From NCBI GenBank assembly GCA_944359625.1, contig CALVSW010000004.1, positions 30,000 through 93,999 on the forward strand: 64,000 nt of DNA. The letters run 5' to 3'. Positions 39,284 to 48,199 of the stretch are shown here, one piece after another (position 1 is the stretch's first letter; each line of letters opens with the position of its first letter). The position numbers and the translations under genes were made by a program. The notes under the pieces are model-generated. The model made no database searches and was not told the DNA's origin. It worked only from the letters and a program-made list of their open reading frames with translations. Origin of the DNA: an uncultured Bacilli bacterium (lineage in GTDB: Bacteria; Bacillota_I; Bacilli_A; RF39; UBA660).

Positions 39284-39312
39284 AAAAAAAGTCTAAACAT
39301 TAATTTAGACTT
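39284..39312 (-). terminator. Internal hairpin/terminator between the VirB4 and hydrolase genes
   Basis: Minus strand reads AAGTCTAAA-ttaatg-TTTAGACTT followed by TTTTTT. Confidence 0.45.
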
Positions 39313-39315
39313 ATT

Positions 39316-41103
39316 CTAAAATCCACCACCAGTTCCAAAAGAATCTAACTCTTCTTGAGTACATATTACATAAATTTGCATTCTTCTAGAACCACAAATA
39401 AATAATCCTTGGCCTTGATTATAATACTTAATATTATTCATTTCAGCTTCGGTTAAATCAATCAAACTTGACAAATCATCTACAGCTTGCTTTTTTAATC
39501 CCATTACCAAATAATAAGAGGCATTATCAAATATTGCTTTACCATGCATAATTAAATTTGGAGAAGCAAAGTCAGTAGGTTGTTGAGTAATAATAATTGT
39601 CCCACTATTATATTTACGAGATCTTCTTTGAATTTGAGCTAAAAATTCAGCACCTAATTCATTATGAGAGGATAATAAAACATGAGCTTCATCAACACTC
39701 AACACTGAAGTTACTGTTTTATCCAAACATAAACCCCAAGCATATTTTAAGATATTGAAAAATATTGCATTACGAATATTTTCATCGCTATTCATTAATT
39801 CACGAATATTAAAAACCACAAAATCACTTTGAATATTTAAAGTTGTATGACCATTAAAGTAATAACGAAGTTCCCTAGTAAATGGTCTAATTTTAAGTTC
39901 TAATCTTTCTAAAATATCTTTTTCCCTAGTTTTTTCAGGAATAGAAAGTAATCTACCTCTAATTGTAGCATATACATCATCAAATGTTGGATAATCTTGA
40001 CTAGTAAGGCGTGAAAAATCAGTATCATAATCTATTTTAAATCTTTTATAAGTATCTTGAGCAATTTCACTAAACATTGTTAAAACATCTTCTTCAATAT
40101 CTGGTGAATAATATTTCAAGAAAGCTTTTAAAGATTGTAAAGCTCTTGTTAAGACCGTATAACCTAATCCTTGAGCTAAATCTTCTTCATCAGCATCAGC
40201 AACGACTTCAAGGGGATTTATCATCCCAAATTCGCCACCTTTTCCTAAATCTAGAAAATCACCATCTAAAAATTTAGCCATTTCTTCGAGTTCACCTTCA
40301 GGATCAATAGCAATTACCTTATAACCATTACGAATATGAGATCTTAAAAGTAATTTGCTTGCTGTTGATTTACCACTACCAGATGTACCTAAAATTATCA
40401 TATTAGCATTGTTTCGATTATGTTCTTTTTTAATTTGATAAAGAAATTGATTAAATAAAACAACTCCACCAGAATAATCAACACCTAATAAAGTAGAATT
40501 TCCAATATCTTTAACACTATCAAATATAAATGGATACATAGCCGCAATTGTAGGAGAAGGAATTGGCGTACCAATTCTTTCTTCTAAATCTTGTTTAGGA
40601 AATATTGGTAAAATAGATTTTAAAACTTTTTCTTGTTCAAACATTAAAGGTATACCACGCATTCCCATAGCGTCTAAGAAACTCAAAAGATTAACTTTTT
40701 TACTTTCCAAATCTTCCTTAGAATCCGCAACTACCATCAAATGTAATTGAAAATCAAATATTCTTGATTGTGTTGCTGCTAACATCTGGACAAATTGTTC
40801 TAAAGATTCATAATCTTGTCTAATTCTTTCTTGAATAGTACGATCATTTTCATTTTGATATCTTTGTTTCAAATCAGCAATTTCTTTATTAATCATCTTA
40901 CTCATTGTACTAAATTCAATTGGAATATGCTTAGCAACTACTTTAACACCATTAATATTACTTAAATCTGATAAATAACCCGGAGATATATATTTAGGAT
41001 AACTTATAATCGTATAAATTGTACAATATTTACCACTCATAATAAAATCAGTAATATTATACTTCATTCCTTTAGGAGCTAATTCACTTTTTAAATTCAA
41101 CAT
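39316..41103 (-). CDS. VirB4-family T4SS ATPase (TcpF/PrgJ/Orf16-like)
   Basis: Walker A ILGTSGSGKST, Walker B SVDEAH, about 600 aa. This is the Gram-positive VirB4 architecture. Confidence 0.85.
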   Translation of the reverse strand: MLNLKSELAPKGMKYNITDFIMSGKYCTIYTIISYPKYISPGYLSDLSNINGVKVVAKHIPIEFSTMSKMINKEIADLKQRYQNENDRTIQERIRQDYESLEQFVQMLAATQSRIFDFQLHLMVVADSKEDLESKKVNLLSFLDAMGMRGIPLMFEQEKVLKSILPIFPKQDLEERIGTPIPSPTIAAMYPFIFDSVKDIGNSTLLGVDYSGGVVLFNQFLYQIKKEHNRNNANMIILGTSGSGKSTASKLLLRSHIRNGYKVIAIDPEGELEEMAKFLDGDFLDLGKGGEFGMINPLEVVADADEEDLAQGLGYTVLTRALQSLKAFLKYYSPDIEEDVLTMFSEIAQDTYKRFKIDYDTDFSRLTSQDYPTFDDVYATIRGRLLSIPEKTREKDILERLELKIRPFTRELRYYFNGHTTLNIQSDFVVFNIRELMNSDENIRNAIFFNILKYAWGLCLDKTVTSVLSVDEAHVLLSSHNELGAEFLAQIQRRSRKYNSGTIIITQQPTDFASPNLIMHGKAIFDNASYYLVMGLKKQAVDDLSSLIDLTEAEMNNIKYYNQGQGLFICGSRRMQIYVICTQEELDSFGTGGGF

Positions 41104-41675
41104 TAAATCATCACCGTCCCAAAATTAGTACTAACGCCACCATTTAAGAAATTATCTAATATCATTCTTAAATCACCATTAGAGACTTGCATTGAATTTA
41201 ATCCACAATTTGCTAAGCCCGTAATTAATATTCTCAATCTTTTTTGAATTATATCGATTCTTTTTTCTTTAAAAAGGATAAAGTATTCGGTATCAACAAC
41301 ATTGTACTCAGCACCCATAAAAGCATTTGCTTTATTAATATCTTGCATTATTAATTTGCGAGTAATATTACTATTTGATTTTTGATATAAAACTTGTAAT
41401 TGCGCTAAATAAGGAGCAATATCTACTGGGCGATCCGCTATTATTAGCCAAAATTCAAAATCAATAGTATTATAAAAATTTCGTAATTGAGTAATAATAT
41501 TATTTTGAGAACCAGTGTCCATTATGAATATATTGCGTGGCTGAATTTTTACACCACAAACAAAATTACCATCCTCTAACTGAATCATCCCATTAACAAT
41601 ATTTTTAACAGGTAACCAGTCCTCACAATACTTATAATTATTTTCATTCTTCTCTATCTTTGCCGTAGACATCTT
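41103..41675 (-). CDS. Hypothetical T4SS operon protein (~190 aa)
   Basis: ORF between the VirB3-like and VirB4 genes. Likely start at internal Met (MSTAKIEKNEN); the longer ORF-track version overlaps the upstream gene by 76 nt. Confidence 0.4.
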   Translation of the reverse strand, partial: KMSTAKIEKNENNYKYCEDWLPVKNIVNGMIQLEDGNFVCGVKIQPRNIFIMDTGSQNNIITQLRNFYNTIDFEFWLIIADRPVDIAPYLAQLQVLYQKSNSNITRKLIMQDINKANAFMGAEYNVVDTEYFILFKEKRIDIIQKRLRILITGLANCGLNSMQVSNGDLRMILDNFLNGGVSTNFGTVMI

Positions 41676-41973
41676 TAACACACCAGCCTTTCCAAATATA
41701 TTCTCTAGGATTTTTTGCACTATAATAATTTAATACGTTACCAATAAATGTCATAACATTATGATAATTAGGTACTGGCATTACTAAAAATAATGAAATT
41801 AATAAAGGTAAACATAATAAAATTATTTGATTAATATTATTAGCATTAATCATTATTAATAATAAAAGGGTAACACCTGCACCAGTACCAAATACAGCCA
41901 AATCAATTGGAGTAAAAAAGCCAAATATTAACTTAGACTTTTTACTATTTGCCGGGATTAAAAAGTTTCGCAT
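41644..41973 (-). CDS. VirB3/TcpE/PrgI-like small two-TM T4SS protein
   Basis: 109 aa, two hydrophobic helices, immediately upstream of VirB4, which is the canonical position. Confidence 0.55.
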   Translation of the reverse strand: MRNFLIPANSKKSKLIFGFFTPIDLAVFGTGAGVTLLLLIMINANNINQIILLCLPLLISLFLVMPVPNYHNVMTFIGNVLNYYSAKNPREYIWKGWCVKDVYGKDREE

Positions 41974-41988
41974 AAACTCCTCCTTATT

Positions 41989-44181
41989 CTACTTTTTATT
42001 AGCATCTTTTTTAACTTGTTCAAAACGTAATGATGTTGCCATCTTACCAGCACTAGAGCTAATTTTCTTCGCAGCAGTGCTAACTACATCTGATCCATCA
42101 AAGCCTTGACCATTTTCAATCATTTTAACCAAACTATCAATTCCTTTATCGCTAACAAGATCTTCTATTTGAGCAAAATCACTACCACTCATAGTTTTTT
42201 GTAAAGCATAGGCAACTAAACTACGATTTGCCGCAATTGACTGAGCATAATTTTCTAAATTATGTTTCATTGCTACATCACCTTTAGCAACAAGATCTTT
42301 AATTACTTCAGCACGTTTTGCAGATTTTCTAGAATCCCATTCTTTTTGTAAATTTTTAATTCTATCTTGCTTAGCATCAATAGTATTTTTACTCATTTGA
42401 TCTAACTCAAGTTTTAATTTATTTTCTTCATCTAATAATGGATTTAAACGAGCAGCTTTTTCAGAATCACTCATTGTTACGGAATTACGAATATTATCCA
42501 TTTGAGATTGTAAATTTTTCAATTTGCTATTCGCATTATTAATATCATCTTGTGAATAAGTACGAGATTCTTTAATTCTAGATATTTCGCCTTCATAAGT
42601 AGCATTTAACGCTTTTATGCCATCGTTTTTATCAGCAGCATCATTAATAGCATCCATATATTTTTTTATCTTATCCAATATATCAGCCTTAGCATTTTGA
42701 CTACTCTTCCCAGATCCATGTGCCCATTCATCAATTGAAGTTCCAATATCGCCAACATGACCTTTAACTACACCAGACAAATTACCGCCATGAGTATTAC
42801 GATAGTATTCTCTTTTAATTCTTGCTGAAGCAACATCGTTTGCTGCTCTACTAGTATTACTTGCTAAATCGTGATAATTTTTAGAGCCTTTATTAGCGGT
42901 AAAACCACGAGCTAAACCACTTCCAGCACCTGCTAAAGCACTTAAACCTTTAGAAAATTTGCTTCCTTCTTTATTAAGTGCATTTTGAACAGCTCCGGTA
43001 GTAGCAGCACCCATTGCACCCATTGCTTGAAACATTCCAGATTCAGCAAGTTTGTCTTTAACGCCTAATTTAAACCCTTTACTATCTAAACCTGTAACTT
43101 CTGATACAAATTTTGGTGCTGTTTTAATAAACCAGAATAAACCAACTATTGTAGCAGCTTTAACTAATAGAAAAACAACTCCACCAATTTCACCACAATA
43201 TACACCACCAGTGCCAAAGAAAGTATCATAGACACTATCAAGGGTACGCATAATGTAAGCAACGAATACTACAACAAATAAACGCGTAAATACTTCAATA
43301 AAACAGCTAATTGTCTTTTTTAGCCAATTAGAAAATACTTTCTTTTGACCTGGAATAATTATCGTTAAAATTGGTAATGGCGCTATTACTTGTAGGTACG
43401 ATAGTTTAACTGCTCGTAAAGCCATATCTAAACATAATGAAGCTAAAACATAAACACAAAATCCTCCAGCAATTGTCGATATTATAAATACATACCCAAT
43501 TTCTTCATCTACTACTGCATCTGAAAATTTTCTTAAAGCAGAAAATGGAGCACCAGCCTCAATTTCAGCATAAGCTTGTTCTAAAGTCTTACAATCTGCA
43601 CCATCACAATCATTTTCATATATGTGAGAAGCAGCACCTCCAGTTTGCGAAATATCAACAGGTTCACCGTTTTCGTCAAGAGGATAGAAAAATGATTTAA
43701 AAAGCAAAGTTGCCATTTGAGCACCAATTTGATTTGGTTCCTCACTATTAACATCAAAGCCGTCGCTATACGAATTTCCTAATATCAACTTAGGAATAAC
43801 ATTACCGCACAAAATAGCATGTTGGACATCGTACATTACATTAAAAGCAGATGGAACAATCGCAATACCAATAATTGCTAATGCAATATTTGGTACAACC
43901 TTACCTAAAGAATGCTCTTTATTATTACTATCAGGATTAATTATAGCTAATAATAAAGCATAAGCAACTAAAAATAATGCAACTACGCCAATTATAATAT
44001 AAATTCTTTGAGATAAGTCATTTAAATCTTGATTACTAAATATTCTAATTTGACTTATAGCTAAAAAAGTTTGATATGCTAAATTCACTAACCAATAAAC
44101 AAATGTATCTATAAATAAAAATATATGTGTCAATACTCTTTCAATTAAATCACCTATTGGTCCTAATATTGCCTGGGCCAT
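41989..44181 (-). CDS. VirB6/TrbL-like polytopic T4SS channel protein with C-terminal coiled-coil/low-complexity extension
   Basis: Six or more TM helices in the N-terminal 400 aa, then a long hydrophilic coiled-coil region. Position relative to VirB3/VirB4 matches PrgH/TcpH/Orf15. Confidence 0.6.
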   Translation of the reverse strand: MAQAILGPIGDLIERVLTHIFLFIDTFVYWLVNLAYQTFLAISQIRIFSNQDLNDLSQRIYIIIGVVALFLVAYALLLAIINPDSNNKEHSLGKVVPNIALAIIGIAIVPSAFNVMYDVQHAILCGNVIPKLILGNSYSDGFDVNSEEPNQIGAQMATLLFKSFFYPLDENGEPVDISQTGGAASHIYENDCDGADCKTLEQAYAEIEAGAPFSALRKFSDAVVDEEIGYVFIISTIAGGFCVYVLASLCLDMALRAVKLSYLQVIAPLPILTIIIPGQKKVFSNWLKKTISCFIEVFTRLFVVVFVAYIMRTLDSVYDTFFGTGGVYCGEIGGVVFLLVKAATIVGLFWFIKTAPKFVSEVTGLDSKGFKLGVKDKLAESGMFQAMGAMGAATTGAVQNALNKEGSKFSKGLSALAGAGSGLARGFTANKGSKNYHDLASNTSRAANDVASARIKREYYRNTHGGNLSGVVKGHVGDIGTSIDEWAHGSGKSSQNAKADILDKIKKYMDAINDAADKNDGIKALNATYEGEISRIKESRTYSQDDINNANSKLKNLQSQMDNIRNSVTMSDSEKAARLNPLLDEENKLKLELDQMSKNTIDAKQDRIKNLQKEWDSRKSAKRAEVIKDLVAKGDVAMKHNLENYAQSIAANRSLVAYALQKTMSGSDFAQIEDLVSDKGIDSLVKMIENGQGFDGSDVVSTAAKKISSSAGKMATSLRFEQVKKDANKK

Positions 44182-44192
44182 GACTATCCCTC

Positions 44193-45107
44193 CTAACTAA
44201 TACCACATACTCCATAAATTCCAACTAGTTTAAAAGTCCAATCTAGCAAACTTGGTATAATAAATAACATTATTGCATAAATTAACCTTTTTAAAGTTTT
44301 AACTCCTAATTTAGTTAATTCATCATTTTTACCATTTGCTAATACTTTTATTAAATCAACAATTGTCATCACAACAACTAAAATTGGCCCTGCAAACTTA
44401 ATTATTTCCAATAATTTAGCTAAATAATAGCCTAGATATTCTGGGTCATCATAGTCACCTAAAACGTAGTCACATGTTAATGAGCCATTATTATTAGACG
44501 AATTATTACTTTCATCATCGCCAGCCTCGTTCCACCAGTAATCCTTATCTTCTGTTGTTACATGGACAATTTTTGTACCATTACCAGCGCCAACTGTAAC
44601 ATTTGCAGAACAATTTGGTGCTATCGCATGAAGCGTACAAGAATAAGTACCAGCAATTGAAGAAGCCGTAGAAGAATTTGCTGAAACACAACTTGGATTA
44701 TCAGAAACACATGTTGCTGAACCACTTTGATAAGAAGTACTATCTTCTAATTTCATAGTAATATCAATTTCTTCTGAAGGAGTAACAGGTTCTGCTTGAC
44801 TAGGATCACCAACTGTAACGTTAATAACCCTTGAACTTGTACCACCACCAATTGTTACCGTAGAATTACAATTATCACCAATAGCAACAAAAGTGCAATG
44901 ATAAAGTCCAGATTGATTCGTATAACTTTCACTAGCAGAAACACACATAGGGTTAGAAGATTTACAACCAGATAAATTAGAATTAATAATGTGGTTCTGT
45001 CCTTTAGACATTGTCATTTCTTCTGCATACGTCAAATAGTGACAAGAAAAAATGGCTACAAAAATAAATAAAAAAGAAAAGATAACATGTTTAATATTCT
45101 TTTTCAT
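44193..45107 (-). CDS. Secreted Cys-rich two-repeat ectodomain fused to a VirB2/TrbC-like C-terminal membrane hairpin
   Basis: Signal peptide (MKKNIKHVIFSFLFIFVAIFS). Two ~60-aa Cys-rich repeats (...NPMCVSASESYTNQSGLYHCT... / ...NPSCVSANSSTASSIAGTYSCT...). C-terminal FAGPILVVVMTIVDLIKVLANGK...IYAIMLFIIPSLL hairpin resembles TrbC/VirB2 pilins. Confidence 0.5.
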   Translation of the reverse strand: MKKNIKHVIFSFLFIFVAIFSCHYLTYAEEMTMSKGQNHIINSNLSGCKSSNPMCVSASESYTNQSGLYHCTFVAIGDNCNSTVTIGGGTSSRVINVTVGDPSQAEPVTPSEEIDITMKLEDSTSYQSGSATCVSDNPSCVSANSSTASSIAGTYSCTLHAIAPNCSANVTVGAGNGTKIVHVTTEDKDYWWNEAGDDESNNSSNNNGSLTCDYVLGDYDDPEYLGYYLAKLLEIIKFAGPILVVVMTIVDLIKVLANGKNDELTKLGVKTLKRLIYAIMLFIIPSLLDWTFKLVGIYGVCGIS

Positions 45108-45168
45108 TAAGCCACCTCTAACAAAAAAATTATAACATAAAAAAAGTAATATTTGCAAAAAATATTAC

Positions 45169-45495
45169 CTATAAATACAAATATGACTTACAGTCAATCC
45201 ATCCTCTAGCATTAGTATCACCAGTTTCAGCAACGGTCTCCATAATTAAGCCAACGATAGATGGAATAAAGAATATCAATACAGCAGCAAGCGCACGGAA
45301 AGCAAAACTTTTAATATTTTTAGTAATTTCTTCTGGTTTTCCAGCTACAACACTTTTACCAACATCTAACATACCAAATAAAATTAATAAAATAGGAATA
45401 ATAATTTTAACAGCCGTTATAAGCATTCCTAACAAATTTAAAAATGGCTTTAACTCACCACATACAGTAGCTGGTGATAAACTCATTAATAACAT
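45169..45495 (-). CDS. VirB2/TrbC-like pilin-family small membrane protein
   Basis: Helix, loop and helix arrangement ITAVKIIIPILLILFGMLDVGKSVVAGKPEE ... AAVLIFFIPSIVGLI, as in Firmicute TrbC/VirB2-family proteins. Confidence 0.45.
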   Translation of the reverse strand: MLLMSLSPATVCGELKPFLNLLGMLITAVKIIIPILLILFGMLDVGKSVVAGKPEEITKNIKSFAFRALAAVLIFFIPSIVGLIMETVAETGDTNARGWIDCKSYLYL

Positions 45496-45558
45496 ATAGC
45501 AAACATCTCCTTCATCTAGCTTTATTTTAATATAAAATAATTAATATTGTCAAGAAAA

Positions 45559-46614
45559 TTACTCATCCTTTACAATGCCAAATATCTTTCCTACAGGTTT
45601 TTTGATACCACCAACCGGTTCTTGACGATCAAAACCCAACTTATATAATAAATCATTTAAAATTGGATTTTGATCTTTTTTGTCATCTAAAGGTGGAATA
45701 GATTCAAACACTTTACAACGAGATTCATATTCAAATTCAGAAACATCCTTAGAACTTAATAAACATTTATTTAAAACTATCTTATATTTTTTCATCTTAG
45801 TTAATACCGTACGATCAGTTCTAATTAATTTATTTAATTTAATAGTAGTTGGTTCAATTAAATGAATCACTTCTTTTATAGAAGCAACTTTAGGAGAAGA
45901 ATTAATGTCAACTAATATTATTTCATAATTACTATTAGGATTTTTAATAATTGAATCAACCTCACCAGTTGAGCAAGTACGTAAATCAGGATCATTAAAA
46001 TAAACAAAATCATTTTTATCGACTTCTAGGGCTAAAACTTTATAATTTCTTTCTAATTGTTTTTTTAACATATAAACCAAGGTAGTAGCCCCAGCATGCT
46101 CCGTAACATTTTTAAAAGCTATAACTCGAGAACCCATAAACACTTTATTAATTGAATCATTAAAAAAGTTAGAATTTACATTACCAACGTTTAAATTAAT
46201 ATTTAAATTATTTTGATTATTAGTACCATTATCGCCAATAATATGATATTGAGCTACATCTTTATAAGTATTAGGATTATTAATTAAGTATTCAATTGAA
46301 TCAATATTACGTGTAAAATTATATATTCCCATCGATACTAATCCAGATAAATAACTAGGTGAATTAACCTCAGGCGAATCATCTAAAAGAACAATAACTT
46401 TATTCATATCAAGTCCTGAGGCTAATTTTTGAATTGTAGCAATATTTTTATAACCGATAACAGCCGTAATATCTAAAATCATTTTATTAAAAAAGAAGTT
46501 TTCAAAATTAGCAATTATTACTTCCGGCTCATATTCACCACGAACATTTTTAATTATATCGATATTTAAATTAGTTAACATTTCACTATATCGATTAGAA
46601 ATTATAACATTCAT
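45559..46614 (-). CDS. ParA/MinD-fold protein with degenerate Walker A (TadZ/CpaE-like pseudo-ATPase?) and N-terminal receiver-like domain
   Basis: RVIAFKNVTEHAGATTLVYML occupies the deviant Walker A position (consensus KGGVGKTT) but lacks the Lys. Overall size and architecture resemble TadZ. Confidence 0.4.
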   Translation of the reverse strand: MNVIISNRYSEMLTNLNIDIIKNVRGEYEPEVIIANFENFFFNKMILDITAVIGYKNIATIQKLASGLDMNKVIVLLDDSPEVNSPSYLSGLVSMGIYNFTRNIDSIEYLINNPNTYKDVAQYHIIGDNGTNNQNNLNINLNVGNVNSNFFNDSINKVFMGSRVIAFKNVTEHAGATTLVYMLKKQLERNYKVLALEVDKNDFVYFNDPDLRTCSTGEVDSIIKNPNSNYEIILVDINSSPKVASIKEVIHLIEPTTIKLNKLIRTDRTVLTKMKKYKIVLNKCLLSSKDVSEFEYESRCKVFESIPPLDDKKDQNPILNDLLYKLGFDRQEPVGGIKKPVGKIFGIVKDE

Positions 46615-46626
46615 ATATCCGTCCTC

Positions 46627-47127
46627 CTAAACACCAAATAAGTCTTGGTCATATGTTGCGTCTAATTCAGTTGTACTTCCTGTTGCTCTAAAGGTAAATA
46701 ATTGCCCTAATACAGGTAAATCTAAATTAAAAAACAAAACAACATTATAATAACTTTTAACTTTAGTACCTGTAAAAGTTACTTTTTGAACACAATAATA
46801 ATATTTCTTATTATTATTGTTATCAACATATTCAAAAGCACTTGGAGTAAAATCATCTAAGCGTACTGCCCCATAATAGCCTGCAGTACATGCACCTTTT
46901 GAATGATATCCAGAAGCTAATAAATAATTATTAACTATACCTATCCCTTTTAAACCACCACTAGTTAATCCCTCATATTTTTCAATTATACTTACTACTT
47001 CATTTTTAGACTTAAAAGCCTTAGCATAATTAGTCATAATAGCTAAGTAGGAAGCAAATATTAGAATAAATGCAATTACTAGTTGAAATATCCAAGTCGT
47101 ACCTATTGTTTCTCTCATACTGAACAA
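46627..47127 (-). CDS. Prepilin/pseudopilin-like protein (166 aa) with conserved [KR]E[AST]xG N-terminus
   Basis: MFSMRETIGTTWIFQLVIAFILIFASYLAI: charged leader, Gly, then about 20 hydrophobic residues. Paralogue of 47115-47591. Confidence 0.45.
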   Translation of the reverse strand: MFSMRETIGTTWIFQLVIAFILIFASYLAIMTNYAKAFKSKNEVVSIIEKYEGLTSGGLKGIGIVNNYLLASGYHSKGACTAGYYGAVRLDDFTPSAFEYVDNNNNKKYYYCVQKVTFTGTKVKSYYNVVLFFNLDLPVLGQLFTFRATGSTTELDATYDQDLFGV

Positions 47128-47591
47128 CTCCCCCCATTAACAGGATAATAAAGAGTTTTAGTCGTTCCACTTAAACTAAAATTAAATACATTATTTATAA
47201 TTGGTAAGTCTAAAGAGAAAAAGACTTTAACCTTATAATAACTAGCATTAGGAAATTGTTTATAAGGATCATTTAAATTAACATTTATATTTACACATTT
47301 AATACAATAATTAGCTTTAGTTTGACTACGACCACCAGATAAAGTATATCCTATACCATCTTCTTCATCACAGCTTCCTAATGAACGATAACTAACTTCA
47401 TTTAAATGCCCTGCTATTTCATCTATTGTAGAACCATCAACACCATTATGTCTTTGAATAATATTTACTAATTCATTTTTTACGTTATAAGCCTTAGTTT
47501 GATTAACTGAAATACATAAATAACCAGAAAAAAGAATTATTAAAGTAACAAATATCGTAGTTATACTTAATGCTCCAAACGACTCTTTCAT
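47115..47591 (-). CDS. Prepilin/pseudopilin-like protein (158 aa) with conserved [KR]E[AST]xG N-terminus
   Basis: MKESFGALSITTIFVTLIILFSGYLCI: same architecture as the neighbouring paralogue. Confidence 0.45.
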   Translation of the reverse strand: MKESFGALSITTIFVTLIILFSGYLCISVNQTKAYNVKNELVNIIQRHNGVDGSTIDEIAGHLNEVSYRSLGSCDEEDGIGYTLSGGRSQTKANYCIKCVNINVNLNDPYKQFPNASYYKVKVFFSLDLPIINNVFNFSLSGTTKTLYYPVNGGSCSV

Positions 47592-47597
47592 ACTATA

Positions 47598-47831
47598 CTA
47601 ACCTTTCCACGGACACATAATAGTATCATTATTATCCCCATAGTGACAAACAACCATCTTGCATCCACTTGAATCTGTACACTTTTCACACCAAGCATCA
47701 CTACACTTACTATTTTGATCCATATTCTTTTTTAGCATTGGCCAAATAACCATGTAGAAAAAAGCCACTAGGATACTAACAGCTATAACAACAATAACAG
47801 TCGAATTTAATTCCCCAGTAGCTTCTTTCAT
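47598..47831 (-). CDS. Small Cys-rich pilin-like protein (77 aa)
   Basis: MKEATGELNSTVIVVIAVSILVAFFYMVIWP followed by a 6-Cys C-terminal domain. N-terminus near-identical to the 83-aa paralogue. Confidence 0.5.
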   Translation of the reverse strand: MKEATGELNSTVIVVIAVSILVAFFYMVIWPMLKKNMDQNSKCSDAWCEKCTDSSGCKMVVCHYGDNNDTIMCPWKG

Positions 47832-47874
47832 CTTTTATCTTCTTTCTATATAATTATATCTTTTTTCTATATAA

Positions 47875-48126
47875 TTACTTGTTGCTTACTCCACTTTGAT
47901 TTGGGCAAGTTATTTTTTCAGTTGAAATAGTTCCATCGTCTTCATAGTAACTACATTGACATGTATCACCATCACATGTGCAATTAACTGAATTAGCACA
48001 TCTAGTACTTTGCTGAATACTTCCTTGAATTGCTGGCCATACAAAAGCATAGAAGAATGCACCAATAGCAGCAATAGCAACTACTGTAACTACAGTCATA
48101 TTTAATTCACCTGTTGCTTCTTTCAT
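47875..48126 (-). CDS. Small Cys-rich pilin-like protein (83 aa)
   Basis: MKEATGELNMTVVTVVAIAAIGAFFYAFVWP followed by a 6-Cys C-terminal domain. Confidence 0.5.
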   Translation of the reverse strand: MKEATGELNMTVVTVVAIAAIGAFFYAFVWPAIQGSIQQSTRCANSVNCTCDGDTCQCSYYEDDGTISTEKITCPNQSGVSNK

Positions 48127-48199
48127 TTAATAATCTCCTCTCCTTATCGTATGATTTTATTATATAATTTTTTTTAGCTATAAGCAAGAATTATTTATT

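Noticed and set aside
41103-41720. Full 205-aa version of the ORF between the VirB3-like and VirB4 genes
   Set aside because: It overlaps the upstream VirB3-like gene by 76 nt in another frame. An internal Met (MSTAK...) gives a more plausible ~190-aa product, so the coordinates were trimmed in the feature table.
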